NCBI GenBank assembly: GCA_934133195.1
Contig: CAKPAZ010000003.1
Location: 10,682 to 74,681, forward strand
From: an uncultured Bacilli bacterium
Lineage (GTDB): Bacteria; Bacillota_I; Bacilli_A; ML615J-28; CAG-313
Reading direction: 5' to 3'
DNA: 64,000 nucleotides
Shown: positions 1 through 9,500 of the stretch, one piece after another
Layout of the letters: every line of letters begins with the position of its first letter
How positions within the stretch are numbered: position 1 is the first letter of the stretch
Program-made: the position numbers and the translations under genes
Notes under the pieces: generated by a model
The model's input: only the letters and a program-made list of their open reading frames with translations
The model's database searches: none
Told to the model about the DNA's origin: nothing

Positions 1-210
1 CAAACAGGAACTAAGTTCAAACTTGCGGGAAAGGGTATTCAAAACAAAATTACTAATCGTACTGGTAATCAATTTGTTACCGTTAAAGTTGTTACGCCTA
101 CTAACCTTTCAAGTAAACAAAAAGAGATTTTCCAAGAATTATCAACAACCGATGAAACCGCAAATAGTAGTTTCTTCGATCGTATCAAGAAATTCTTTGG
201 TAAAAAATAA
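1..210 (+). CDS. dnaJ: DnaJ co-chaperone, C-terminal fragment (gene runs off left edge)
   Basis: Frame 1 reads QTGTKFKLAGKGIQNKITNRTGNQFVTVKVVTPTNLSSKQKEIFQELS...FFDRIKKFFGKK then TAA at 208-210. This is a typical DnaJ C-terminal tail. The listed ORF 23..253 is a different frame. Confidence 0.85.
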   Translation, partial: QTGTKFKLAGKGIQNKITNRTGNQFVTVKVVTPTNLSSKQKEIFQELSTTDETANSSFFDRIKKFFGKK

Positions 211-223
211 TCATCCTTTTAAA

Positions 224-249
224 AAGTCACCTTCGGGTGGCTTTTTTTT
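224..249 (+). terminator. Rho-independent terminator after dnaJ
   Basis: Stem AAGTCACC (224-231), loop TTCG, stem GGTGGCTT (236-243), followed by a T-run. Confidence 0.8.
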
Positions 250-251
250 AT

Positions 252-286
252 AAAAAAAACAAGCAAGAATAAAAACTCTTGCTTGT
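252..286 (-). terminator. Rho-independent terminator of the 303..3116 gene
   Basis: 10-bp stem ACAAGCAAGA (259-268) / TCTTGCTTGT (277-286). The A-run 252-258 gives a U-run on the minus strand. Confidence 0.7.
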
Positions 287-302
287 ATATATTTTATGAT
301 AA

Positions 303-3116
303 TTAACTTATTACTTGTAATTCTTCAATACTTGTAATTACAAAAGTATACTCATTATTGTAAACATTATAAGAAATAACACTAAGTTTAACCTTTTTAC
401 CATTTAAGGCTTCTAAATTCTTATAGTTATAAGCATAGTATTTAGCATTAGTATAGTAATACATTGTTGCTTCATGTTCACCATCAGTAATATAAACTTT
501 ACTTTCAGAAACATAAATAGTTACAACAATATCTTTCCAGCCTACAGCACCTAGTTTTGCGGCTTCACCGGCAGCATTTGCATCGGACAAATCTTTTACA
601 GTTGCATTTTCTTTAAAAGCTCCATCAGGAAGAGGATTACCACTTGAAATAATCTCTATTGTTGCACCTTTAGCAATTTGTGGCATGCCATAGTATAAAT
701 CAAGGGAACCAGTAACTGTTACTTTATCTCCAACTACAACAGTAGATGGTTCTTTAACGAAGATGATTCCACTTTCATCAGCAAGATAGAATCCCCAAGT
801 ACTTGCCCCTTCACTTCTAGTGATTCCAACCACAATTCCTTCAAGAGATACGGTTTCTCCATTTTTCTTAGCTTTATCACGTGCATCAGCAACCGTCATA
901 CTTTCAAGTTTAGTAACTTTAAAAGTAACATTAATAATTGTTTCTGATTTATCTGTTTTATAAGAAAGGGTTAAAGTTACATCCATAGATACAACGGGTT
1001 CAGGAATTGAAACTGTAAATGTATGAGCTTCTTTACTGATAGTAACACCATCTAAAGTTGATGATTTAATTTCTACATTACCTTGTTCTAACTCAAATGA
1101 TACTTCACTTGCTTTAGTGTATTCTTTACTGAAAGCTGAAGTAATAATATTCTTGGCTTGATAGTTTAATACACTATATGGTGTATCAATAACGCTTAAT
1201 ACTTCTAGTACCGCAGATTTCCAAACAAACTTTTTACTAGATACAGCTCCAATACGTAAAGTTACATAAGCTTCAACACATTTATTAACATAATCATCTA
1301 ACCAACTATATTCAGGTACACCATTTGAACCTGAATTTTGTGAATAAACAATCATAGATAGAGATGGATCATCAAGATCATGAATGTAGTAATTCTTGTA
1401 TGAACCATTGGATTTTTCTAAATAAAGTCTTGTTTTATAAACAATATTAGTAATATTATTATTTGATGGATTTTGAATTAAATCTTTTAAATCTTTACTT
1501 TCAACATATGAACTTGGAATTTCATGTTCTTGATAATCATGATATAATACTTCAGCGTTATTTAATCTAATGGAACCATTATGATTATTATCAAGACGTG
1601 GTTGATACAAATCATAACTACCAGTTACATAAACAAACTCACCCTTAGAAAGCTTTGTAATGTCAGTAACACGGTCAACAGCTGTAGAAATGAAAACGGC
1701 GATTGAACCAGTTTCATCGATAAGTTCAAATCCAGCAGGAGTTTTAGAACCTGATAAATATAAGAAACCAACAATGATTCCTTTAATAGTAACAACATCA
1801 CCTTTTTCCTTTTCTCTCGCATCACAAATATCAATTGTTTCAATTTCTGGTATTTCTTCAACACAATCAAATTCTACAACTTCACTTAATACTACTTCAT
1901 TGTATGTAATAGTAACTTTGATGGAAGCCTTTTGTAATGTAGGAGTACAAGTAATATTAAGAGTATTACCATCAAGAGCAATTGGACCAGATATTACTTC
2001 ATAAGTAACGGAAGAAGTAGTAAGAATTTCATCTTTAGTAAGTAATTCTAAACGACAACTTGCTGAATAAGTAGAACTAAATTCTCTTAATACACGTTTT
2101 AAAGCATAAGCAGTTAATTCTTGATCAGTAACAGTAACTTCCTCATGAATTTCAAGAGGAACAATTCTCCAAAATGAACCACTAGCACTGATTTTACAGT
2201 TTTGTACGGCGATCATACATTTTCTAGTTTGTCCATCATATTTTTCAAGCCAACTTAAATCCTTTCCATTAGCTGTAGTGTAAGCATAGAAAGAATTAAT
2301 ACCATTTAAATCATTAAAGTAATAATTAACAAAACCATTTCCAGGTACTTTCTTGATTGTTGCAGTTACTTCATAAACATTAGAAGTAATGTTTTCAGAC
2401 ACACTTGTTAAAGCTAACTCTTCGATTGATGATTGTTTAACCCCACTTGTAGGTAGAGCATTACCACTAGTGATAACTTCAACACTGCTTGCGACAATTT
2501 GACGAGCTCCAGTATATCCAACTATTTCTGCTGCTGACTTTGATGCTTCATCAATATACATAGTGTAAGTACCTTTTACGATTACTTCTTCACCAAACAT
2601 TACAGTTTCAGCGTCACTACTTGAATAAATGTAGATGGCATCAGTTTTATCAAATACATAAAAACCAACGGGAACATTCTTTTCTGTACCATTAATAATT
2701 CTTGAAACAATACCACGGATTGTTACTTCGGTATCTTTTTCTAAAGTTTTTACTTTTGAAATACTCATATATGAAGGAGCCGGTAAAGAAGCAATGGTAA
2801 TTGTATATTCTTTAGTCTTCTTATAACCATCAAGTTCAAAAGTAACTGTTAAAGTAACACTCTTACTAGTCTCACCAAGAGTTACCTTTCCTTCATTTGT
2901 TAAGGCATCTTCATCAGATGATTGGTAAGTAAGCTTAACGCCACTTATAGTTGTAACAAAATTTAAGTCAGTTGAAACATTGCTGAGATCAGTATCTTGA
3001 AATAATTGATTAATTACTTCATCAACTTGTTTAATCTTAGCATCATCTGGATTCTTACAAGATACAAAAGCAAAACATGTAACTAGTAAGAAAAGAAATG
3101 TTAAAAATTTTTTCAT
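303..3116 (-). CDS. Large surface lipoprotein with three OB-fold-like modules alternating with Ig-like modules; no catalytic domain recognised
   Basis: 937-aa ORF with RBS GGAGAAAAAAACATG and lipobox signal MKKFLTFLFLLVTCFAFVSC. Three similar segments fit the OB-fold pattern of extracellular nuclease/YhcR-type proteins (e.g. EVTIRGIVSRI..VGFYVFDKTDAIYIYS, VVTIKGIIVGF..AGFELIDETGSIAVFIS, TVSLEGIVVGI..WGFYLADESGIIFV). Confidence 0.8.
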   Translation of the reverse strand: MKKFLTFLFLLVTCFAFVSCKNPDDAKIKQVDEVINQLFQDTDLSNVSTDLNFVTTISGVKLTYQSSDEDALTNEGKVTLGETSKSVTLTVTFELDGYKKTKEYTITIASLPAPSYMSISKVKTLEKDTEVTIRGIVSRIINGTEKNVPVGFYVFDKTDAIYIYSSSDAETVMFGEEVIVKGTYTMYIDEASKSAAEIVGYTGARQIVASSVEVITSGNALPTSGVKQSSIEELALTSVSENITSNVYEVTATIKKVPGNGFVNYYFNDLNGINSFYAYTTANGKDLSWLEKYDGQTRKCMIAVQNCKISASGSFWRIVPLEIHEEVTVTDQELTAYALKRVLREFSSTYSASCRLELLTKDEILTTSSVTYEVISGPIALDGNTLNITCTPTLQKASIKVTITYNEVVLSEVVEFDCVEEIPEIETIDICDAREKEKGDVVTIKGIIVGFLYLSGSKTPAGFELIDETGSIAVFISTAVDRVTDITKLSKGEFVYVTGSYDLYQPRLDNNHNGSIRLNNAEVLYHDYQEHEIPSSYVESKDLKDLIQNPSNNNITNIVYKTRLYLEKSNGSYKNYYIHDLDDPSLSMIVYSQNSGSNGVPEYSWLDDYVNKCVEAYVTLRIGAVSSKKFVWKSAVLEVLSVIDTPYSVLNYQAKNIITSAFSKEYTKASEVSFELEQGNVEIKSSTLDGVTISKEAHTFTVSIPEPVVSMDVTLTLSYKTDKSETIINVTFKVTKLESMTVADARDKAKKNGETVSLEGIVVGITRSEGASTWGFYLADESGIIFVKEPSTVVVGDKVTVTGSLDLYYGMPQIAKGATIEIISSGNPLPDGAFKENATVKDLSDANAAGEAAKLGAVGWKDIVVTIYVSESKVYITDGEHEATMYYYTNAKYYAYNYKNLEALNGKKVKLSVISYNVYNNEYTFVITSIEELQVIS

Positions 3117-3249
3117 GTTTTTTTCTCCTATTTTTAAATTTTAGTTTGCTAAAAGACTTAGCAATATAATTATACCTTATATATGTTTTTAGTTCTTTAG
3201 TTTTATACTAGAAAACGCTTTATTAAAAAATCTTTGCTGGTGCAATTTC

Positions 3250-3278
3250 TTGAAAAATATTTATGAAAACGTTATAAT
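3250..3278 (+). promoter_or_regulatory. Sigma-A type promoter of the 3303 gene
   Basis: TTGAAA (3250-3255), 17-nt spacer, TATAAT (3273-3278); RBS AAGGAAGG lies before the ATG at 3303. Confidence 0.6.
3263..3277. promoter_or_regulatory. cre-like (CcpA operator-like) motif overlapping the -10
   Basis: ATGAAAACGTTATAA has one mismatch to WTGNAANCGNWNNCW. A weaker copy lies at 3209-3223 (two mismatches). Confidence 0.3.
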
Positions 3279-3302
3279 ATTGTTGATAAGGAAGGTAAGA
3301 CA

Positions 3303-6300
3303 ATGAAAAACATCAAAACTTTTACAAAATACTTAAGCTTATTCTTGTTTATTATGACCCTTTGTTTAATAACTAGTTGTAAAAAACATGAAGATGAAAA
3401 TCCGATTGATCCCGATGATGAAATCGAAGAAATTACATTTGTACTTCCATCAACCTTAAAAGTACATGAAACTCACAAGATTGTTGGGATTGAATCTGAT
3501 TATGAAGTAAAATCAACAAATGATGAAATCATCAAAGTACATGATGACTATACTTTAGAAGCCTTAGGCGTAGGTAAAGCTATCATTACAATCACATACG
3601 TAAAAAATCAAGAAGTATCAAAAAAATATACTATTGAAGTTCTTGATGAATTAAGCGTTGGACTCCCTGATAAAATAAATCAATATGCTTTATTTGAACC
3701 ACTTGTAACCTCACTTGCTGAAGGTGAACTTAAAGACTATGCTCTTAAGTCAAGTGATGAAAGCATCTTAAAAGTTGTAAATGGAAAACTAGAAGCTCTT
3801 CAAGCTGGTAAATCAACCATTACAGTTACTCGTGGTGATTTTACATATTCAAAAGAAATTGAAGTAGAATATGATGAAGATGCTATGAAAGTAGATCTAC
3901 CTGAAACTCTTGCATGCTACAATATGGTTGAAGTTCTTGTGTATATTGAAAATAGAGGCTATGTAAAAGATTTTACAGTAACTTCATCTAATACAAGATC
4001 AATCAAATATAATGCTGGTTACTTAAATAGCTATCGTGTAGGTGAATCTACCATTGAAATTACTTATGGTACAATTACTAAAAAATATACCATCAATGTT
4101 ATAAATGAATTATATTTAGAAGTACCTGAAGAAATCCGTGTATTTGATAAAGTTGATATTAAATATAGTAATGCAATGAAGAAAAATATGAGTGACGCAG
4201 TAATTACATCAAGTAATCCTGAAATCTTAAATATCATTGATAAAAACCAAATTGAAGGTCTTGCTCCAGGAACTGTTACTATAATTTTAGAGTTTGATGG
4301 TATGAAAATATCAAAAGAAGTAAAAGTTACAACAGGATATAAGTATGAATACAAAAATGCTTTACTTCCAGCCCAAGAAACTATCATGAAAGTAATCGAT
4401 TACTTGAATAATGAAGTTACTAACTTTACTTTATCAACAACAAATAATGATATTATCAAAATTGAAAACAATAAAATCACTGCTTTAAAAGAAGGTACTG
4501 CAACTCTAACTATTGAAATTGGTGAATTTAAAGATGAACTTGAAATCATGGTTATCGGTATGGAAGTTTCAGCCGCATCAACAATGAAACGTGGTGGAAT
4601 TCAAGATTTAAGTATTAACTTTACACCTAATACTTACAGTGAAGGATATACTTTAGAAAGTAGTAACCCTGAAATCATTGAAGTAGTAGAAAAAAATCGT
4701 ATTCGTGCCTTAAAACCAGGTAGTGCAGATATCGTTGTTGTATCAGTAAGTGGTTTAAGAGAAACCTTAACAATCACTGTAGAAGATGTTTACTACTCAA
4801 TTACATTTAATATCACTGATGAAGAAAAAGCCTTACTTCCTGAAGGCTATCTTGAAAATCATCAAAAATTCTCTGTTGATGATCTTCCAATTGCCCTTCC
4901 TAATATGGAAAAAGAGATGAGTTCTTTCTTAGGTTGGAAAATCAACAACAATAGTCAAGACTATGATTTAGAAGATTTAACTTTTGAAATCCCTGTTGGT
5001 ACTAACTACAATGTAACTTTAACATCTGTATGGGGTAACTCTCATATTGAGTTATATCATGAAAATGTTCAAGTAATTGAACCAGAACAAACCTTAAAAC
5101 TTCTTGTTAAAACCTTCATGATTCCAAAAGGCATTGATGTAAATAACCTTGTTTGGGAATCAGCTAATGAAAAGATTGCAATCGTAAAAGATGGTATTGT
5201 AACTGGCGTTAGCGATGGTACCGTTTTAATTAAAGTAAGTCTAAAAGAAAAACCAAATATTAACACAACAATAGGAGTAACAATTATGAGTAACATGAAG
5301 GAAATGGATGAATTATTAAATTACTTTGTTGAAAATGCTATTGATGAAGTAATCGCCAAGAACATTACAGTAACAGGATATCAATTTATCTATCAACATC
5401 GTTTACTTGGTAGTGTTACAAAATACTTATTTACTCCATTTGTGGTAAATAATGATTTCTATCCAATTCCATCATCTAATGCCAACCGTCCAGGAGTTGT
5501 TTATCCTAAGTATTACATTACTGTTCATGATACAGCCTCAGCTGCGGAAACTGCCGATGGAAAAGCTCATGCAAGATACGTTACAGAAGGTGGCGGCGGA
5601 ACTTCATGGCATTATTCAGTTGGTAATGATGGTATTTATCATCAAATTCCTGATAATGAAAATGCATATCATGCAGGTGATGGTGGAAGACCATACATTC
5701 TATATGAAACTGGTGTAAAAGCAGAAGACACAACTAAACTTCCTGTAGTTACTATCAGTGAAGATGGCTACTATGAAATCAATGGAACTAAGACTAAAGT
5801 ATTAGCACCAACTAATGATGGTAAAATTCTAACAACTAAAGATATCAATGATGTTGGTATTCGTACAGTAGTTCAAAATGGTTACTACTATATTGGTAAT
5901 ACTTATTACAATACAACATATCATAAAATATCTAATGCTGGTGGAAACAATAACTCAATCGGTATGGAAACAATGGTAAATAAAGGTTCTGACTTATACT
6001 TAACTTGGCATAATACTGCAAAACTTGTAGCTAACTTAATGTATCAAAACAATTTAGGTATTAACGATGTTCGTCCTCACCATTTCTTTAGTGGTAAGAA
6101 CTGCCCTCAAACAATGCGTGATAACGGTTTATGGGATAACTTTATTACAATGGTTCAATTTGAATATGATGTTTTAACTAAATATAAAGATTATGAAATT
6201 ACTTTTGAATCTCATGATTTAGAATATGTAAATAATGTTGGTCGTGTAATTAAACAAGATAAATACACAAAAACTGTTACTTACACCATTACAGTAACTA

Positions 6301-6374
6301 AGAATGGAGTATCAAAATCAGTAACATTATCATCTAATATTCCAGGTAGTTTAGACCTAAAAGACATCATGTAA
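3303..6374 (+). CDS. Surface lipoprotein: Big_2 Ig-like repeats, one Listeria-Bacteroides (Flg_new) repeat, C-terminal Amidase_2 (N-acetylmuramoyl-L-alanine amidase) domain
   Basis: 1023-aa ORF with lipobox LCLITSC. It has repeated SSN/STN..I..V......ALxxGxxTITV Big_2-like units and a FLGWKINN Flg_new-like unit. Amidase_2 motifs are ITVHDTAS, WHYSVG, AYHAGDG, NSIGMET and PHHFFSGKNCPQ. Confidence 0.85.
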   Translation: MKNIKTFTKYLSLFLFIMTLCLITSCKKHEDENPIDPDDEIEEITFVLPSTLKVHETHKIVGIESDYEVKSTNDEIIKVHDDYTLEALGVGKAIITITYVKNQEVSKKYTIEVLDELSVGLPDKINQYALFEPLVTSLAEGELKDYALKSSDESILKVVNGKLEALQAGKSTITVTRGDFTYSKEIEVEYDEDAMKVDLPETLACYNMVEVLVYIENRGYVKDFTVTSSNTRSIKYNAGYLNSYRVGESTIEITYGTITKKYTINVINELYLEVPEEIRVFDKVDIKYSNAMKKNMSDAVITSSNPEILNIIDKNQIEGLAPGTVTIILEFDGMKISKEVKVTTGYKYEYKNALLPAQETIMKVIDYLNNEVTNFTLSTTNNDIIKIENNKITALKEGTATLTIEIGEFKDELEIMVIGMEVSAASTMKRGGIQDLSINFTPNTYSEGYTLESSNPEIIEVVEKNRIRALKPGSADIVVVSVSGLRETLTITVEDVYYSITFNITDEEKALLPEGYLENHQKFSVDDLPIALPNMEKEMSSFLGWKINNNSQDYDLEDLTFEIPVGTNYNVTLTSVWGNSHIELYHENVQVIEPEQTLKLLVKTFMIPKGIDVNNLVWESANEKIAIVKDGIVTGVSDGTVLIKVSLKEKPNINTTIGVTIMSNMKEMDELLNYFVENAIDEVIAKNITVTGYQFIYQHRLLGSVTKYLFTPFVVNNDFYPIPSSNANRPGVVYPKYYITVHDTASAAETADGKAHARYVTEGGGGTSWHYSVGNDGIYHQIPDNENAYHAGDGGRPYILYETGVKAEDTTKLPVVTISEDGYYEINGTKTKVLAPTNDGKILTTKDINDVGIRTVVQNGYYYIGNTYYNTTYHKISNAGGNNNSIGMETMVNKGSDLYLTWHNTAKLVANLMYQNNLGINDVRPHHFFSGKNCPQTMRDNGLWDNFITMVQFEYDVLTKYKDYEITFESHDLEYVNNVGRVIKQDKYTKTVTYTITVTKNGVSKSVTLSSNIPGSLDLKDIM
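5511..6110 (+). other. Amidase_2 catalytic module (domain of the 3303..6374 protein) with about 85-aa insertion
   Basis: His (ITVHDT), His-x7-Lys-x-Cys (HHFFSGKNCP) and NSIGxE motifs are present. About 85 aa (about 5688-5945) separate HAGDG from NSIG. Confidence 0.75.
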
Positions 6375-6385
6375 AATAAAAATAT

Positions 6386-6429
6386 AGACTTTTTCAAAAC
6401 CTTAGGCTTTTGGGAAAGTCTTTTTTTTA
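6386..6429 (+). terminator. Rho-independent terminator
   Basis: Outer stem AGACTTT (6386-6392) / AAAGTCT (6415-6421) with an inner imperfect stem, followed by a T8 run. Confidence 0.7.
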
Positions 6430-6437
6430 AAAAAAGT

Positions 6438-6452
6438 ATGAAAACGCTTGCT
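6438..6452. promoter_or_regulatory. cre-like (CcpA operator-like) motif overlapping the -35 of the 6513 gene
   Basis: ATGAAAACGCTTGCT matches every defined position of WTGNAANCGNWNNCW. Confidence 0.4.
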
Positions 6453-6476
6453 AAAAAATGTTAAAAGTGCTATAAT
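6448..6476 (+). promoter_or_regulatory. Sigma-A type promoter of the 6513 gene
   Basis: TTGCTA (6448-6453), 17-nt spacer, TATAAT (6471-6476) with an upstream TG; RBS AAAGGAGAAAAATATG. Confidence 0.65.
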
Positions 6477-6512
6477 AAGGTGTAAAAATAATGAAAGGAA
6501 AAGGAGAAAAAT

Positions 6513-9500
6513 ATGCTAAACTTTAGAAAAAGAATTTTCTTATTTTTAACACTCATTATGACTGCTTTATGTTTAGTAAGTTGTACAGATGTAAAAAATA
6601 CAGTTCGTATTAATTTCGAAGAAGATGAATACACTGTAAGAATGCAATCTACTTTAACAGTTAAACCAGTCATTAAAGCTTCTGCCGATTTCGACATGAA
6701 TGGATTTGAAGTAGTTTATGAATCTTCAAATGAAGATGTTGTACGTTACGTTAATGGTATTTTATATCCTGTTAGCGAAGGCGAAGCACAAATTAAAGCT
6801 TATTGGAAGGATAAAGATGTAATCTTTGATAAGGCTACAGTTAAAGTTATTAAACCTGCTTTACCAGAATTACTAGTTGAAGATCCTATCAATGTATTGA
6901 AAAACGATGAGGTTCTACTACCTTACACTTTATATAAAAACTACACTGATGCTAAAGCAACATTCAAAGCTTTAACACCTGAAATCGCAACAATCGATGA
7001 AACAGGTAGAGTTAAAGCTCTTAAAGTTGGTCAAGCTCTATTTGAAGCAGTAGTTAGTGACTACGCAGAAACAAGTGAAGTTTATACAATAAAAGTTAAC
7101 GTTGTTGAATCTGACTTCTCTATCAAGTATGTTCTTGATGGTGGTGTAAATGCTGAAACTAACCCTGTTGGTTACAACACTTTAGATTGCCCTATTGAAC
7201 TTGCTCCTGCAACAAAAGAAGGTTATGACTTTGTTGGTTGGAATTTAGATGGTCAAATCGTTAATGAAATTCCTGCTAATACTACAGGTGATCTTGTACT
7301 TGTAGCAGTATGGAAAGCTATTGAATACAAACTTGAATTTGACGTTGATGGTGGTGTATTTGAAGGTGACCTACCTACATCTTATACTGCTGATTTACTA
7401 CCTCTTGCTCTTCCAACTTTAACAAAAGAAGGATATGAATTCCAAGGTTGGAAACTTGACAAAGCTGTAGTTACTGAAATTAAAGAAGGTACTACTGGTG
7501 ATTTAACACTTAAAGCTGTATGGAAAGCTCTTGAATGGAATGTTTCATTCGATCTTGATGGTGGTGAATTCCCTGGTACATATGCAACAAGAGAAGAAAT
7601 GGTAAATGACTTTATGAAAGACTTTGGTGCTTTCGCAAAGATCGACATGACTACTCCTGCTCAATACTGGGCTCAAGATCCTGCTAGAACAAACTTCTGG
7701 AAAGATGCAAAAATGCATGCTAAATGGTCTTGGATCTTCAAAGCATTAATTCCTTTTGCAAAAGCTCAAGGTATTGATACTAAGTATTTAGCTGGTATGA
7801 ATGCAGACCCTATCTCAATCATAACATATGCAACTCAAAACGTAGCTATCTACTTATTAGGTATTAACAATGCTAAATGGAATGAAACTTATAAAGCAAC
7901 ATATGGTGGCTTAGCAAGTAAATGGACTACAGTTGACTGTACAAGTGAAGCTGTATTAAATAGTTGGGTTCAATATGTTGGTGTTAAGACAACTCGTAAC
8001 ACTGATGAAGAATTCGTTCTTCCTACACCTGCTAAACCTGGTTATGATTTCGCTGGTTGGTTCGATGCTGAAGATAATAAAGTTGAAACAGTTGCTGCTG
8101 GTACATTAACTGATGTTGCTGTAAAAGCTAAATGGACTCTTGCAAACTACAATATCAACTTTGATTATGCTGGTGGTACACTTGTTGGTAAATATGCAAC
8201 AAGAGAAGACCTGGTAAATGACTTTATGAAAGACTTTGGTGCTTTCGCAAAGATTACTATGACTACACCTGCTGAATACTGGGCTTCTGATTATAAGACA
8301 AGTTTCTGGAGAGATGCAAAGATGTATGCTAAATGGTCTTGGATCTTTAAAGCATTAGTTCCACTTGCTAAATCTCAATATCAAGAAACAACATACTTAG
8401 ATAATATGCTTGCAGATCCTATCTCAATTTCTGGATATGCAACTCAAAACGTAGCTATCTACTTATTAGGTATTAACAATGCTAAATGGAATGAAACTTA
8501 TGCTTCAACATATAAAGGTTTATCTAGTAGATTTACTACTGTTGATTGTACAAGTGAAAAAGCATTAAATAGCTGGATTGAATATGTTGGTGTTAAATCT
8601 ACATATACAATCTTTGATGAAGTTACACTTCCAACTCTAACAAAAGAAGGTTATACATTTGTTGGTTGGTTCAATGGTGACCAAAAGGTTGAAAAAATTG
8701 CTGCTGGTACATATGGAGAATTAAATTTAGTTGCTAAATTTGAAGGCAATAAATATGAAATTGAATATGTATTAGAAGAAGGTGCAACACTTCCTGAAGG
8801 TGCTGCAAAAGAATATGTATTTGGTACTGGACTTGCTACACTTCCTGTTCCAACAAAAGAAGGTTATGATTTCTTAGGTTGGTATGAAGGTGAAACTAAA
8901 GTTGAAACTATCGCAGCTGATAGAACTGGTAAAGTTACTTTAACTGCAAAATTTGAAAAGAAAGCCGAAGTTACTGAATATGAAATTACTTATAATCTAG
9001 ACGGTGGAACTCTTCCTGAAGATGCTCCTACTAAATACACAAAAGGCGTTGGTCTTGCATCACTTGTAACTCCAACAAAAGAAGGTTACACATTCTTAGG
9101 ATGGTACTTAAATGGTGAATTAGTAACTGCTATTAGTGCTTCTCAAGAAGGTAACATTACTCTTGAAGCTAGATGGGAAGAAATCGTTCAAGAAGAAGAA
9201 TATGAAATTACTTATGACTTAGATGGTGGTTCTTGGCCAGTAACTAAGATTGAATCATATGAAGACTTTGCTGCTGCATTCGCTGCTGCATATTCTGAAT
9301 ATGTTGGTAAAGAAGTTACTCCTGAAACTTTCATGGATGTATCTTTCAACTATGGTAATTTAGATGATTTCTTCGACAATGCTAAATACTCTGCTGATTG
9401 GGCATGGGTTAGAACATTTGTTGTTGAATATTGTAACAAAACTGATAACCAATATAAATCAAATATTGCTGATAAGACTGCTGATTATCATAACACAATC

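Noticed and set aside
23-253. 76-aa ORF on the plus strand at the left edge
   Set aside because: Wrong frame. Frame 1 over the same bases gives a clean DnaJ C-terminus ending at 210, and the 23..253 ORF reads through the dnaJ terminator hairpin.
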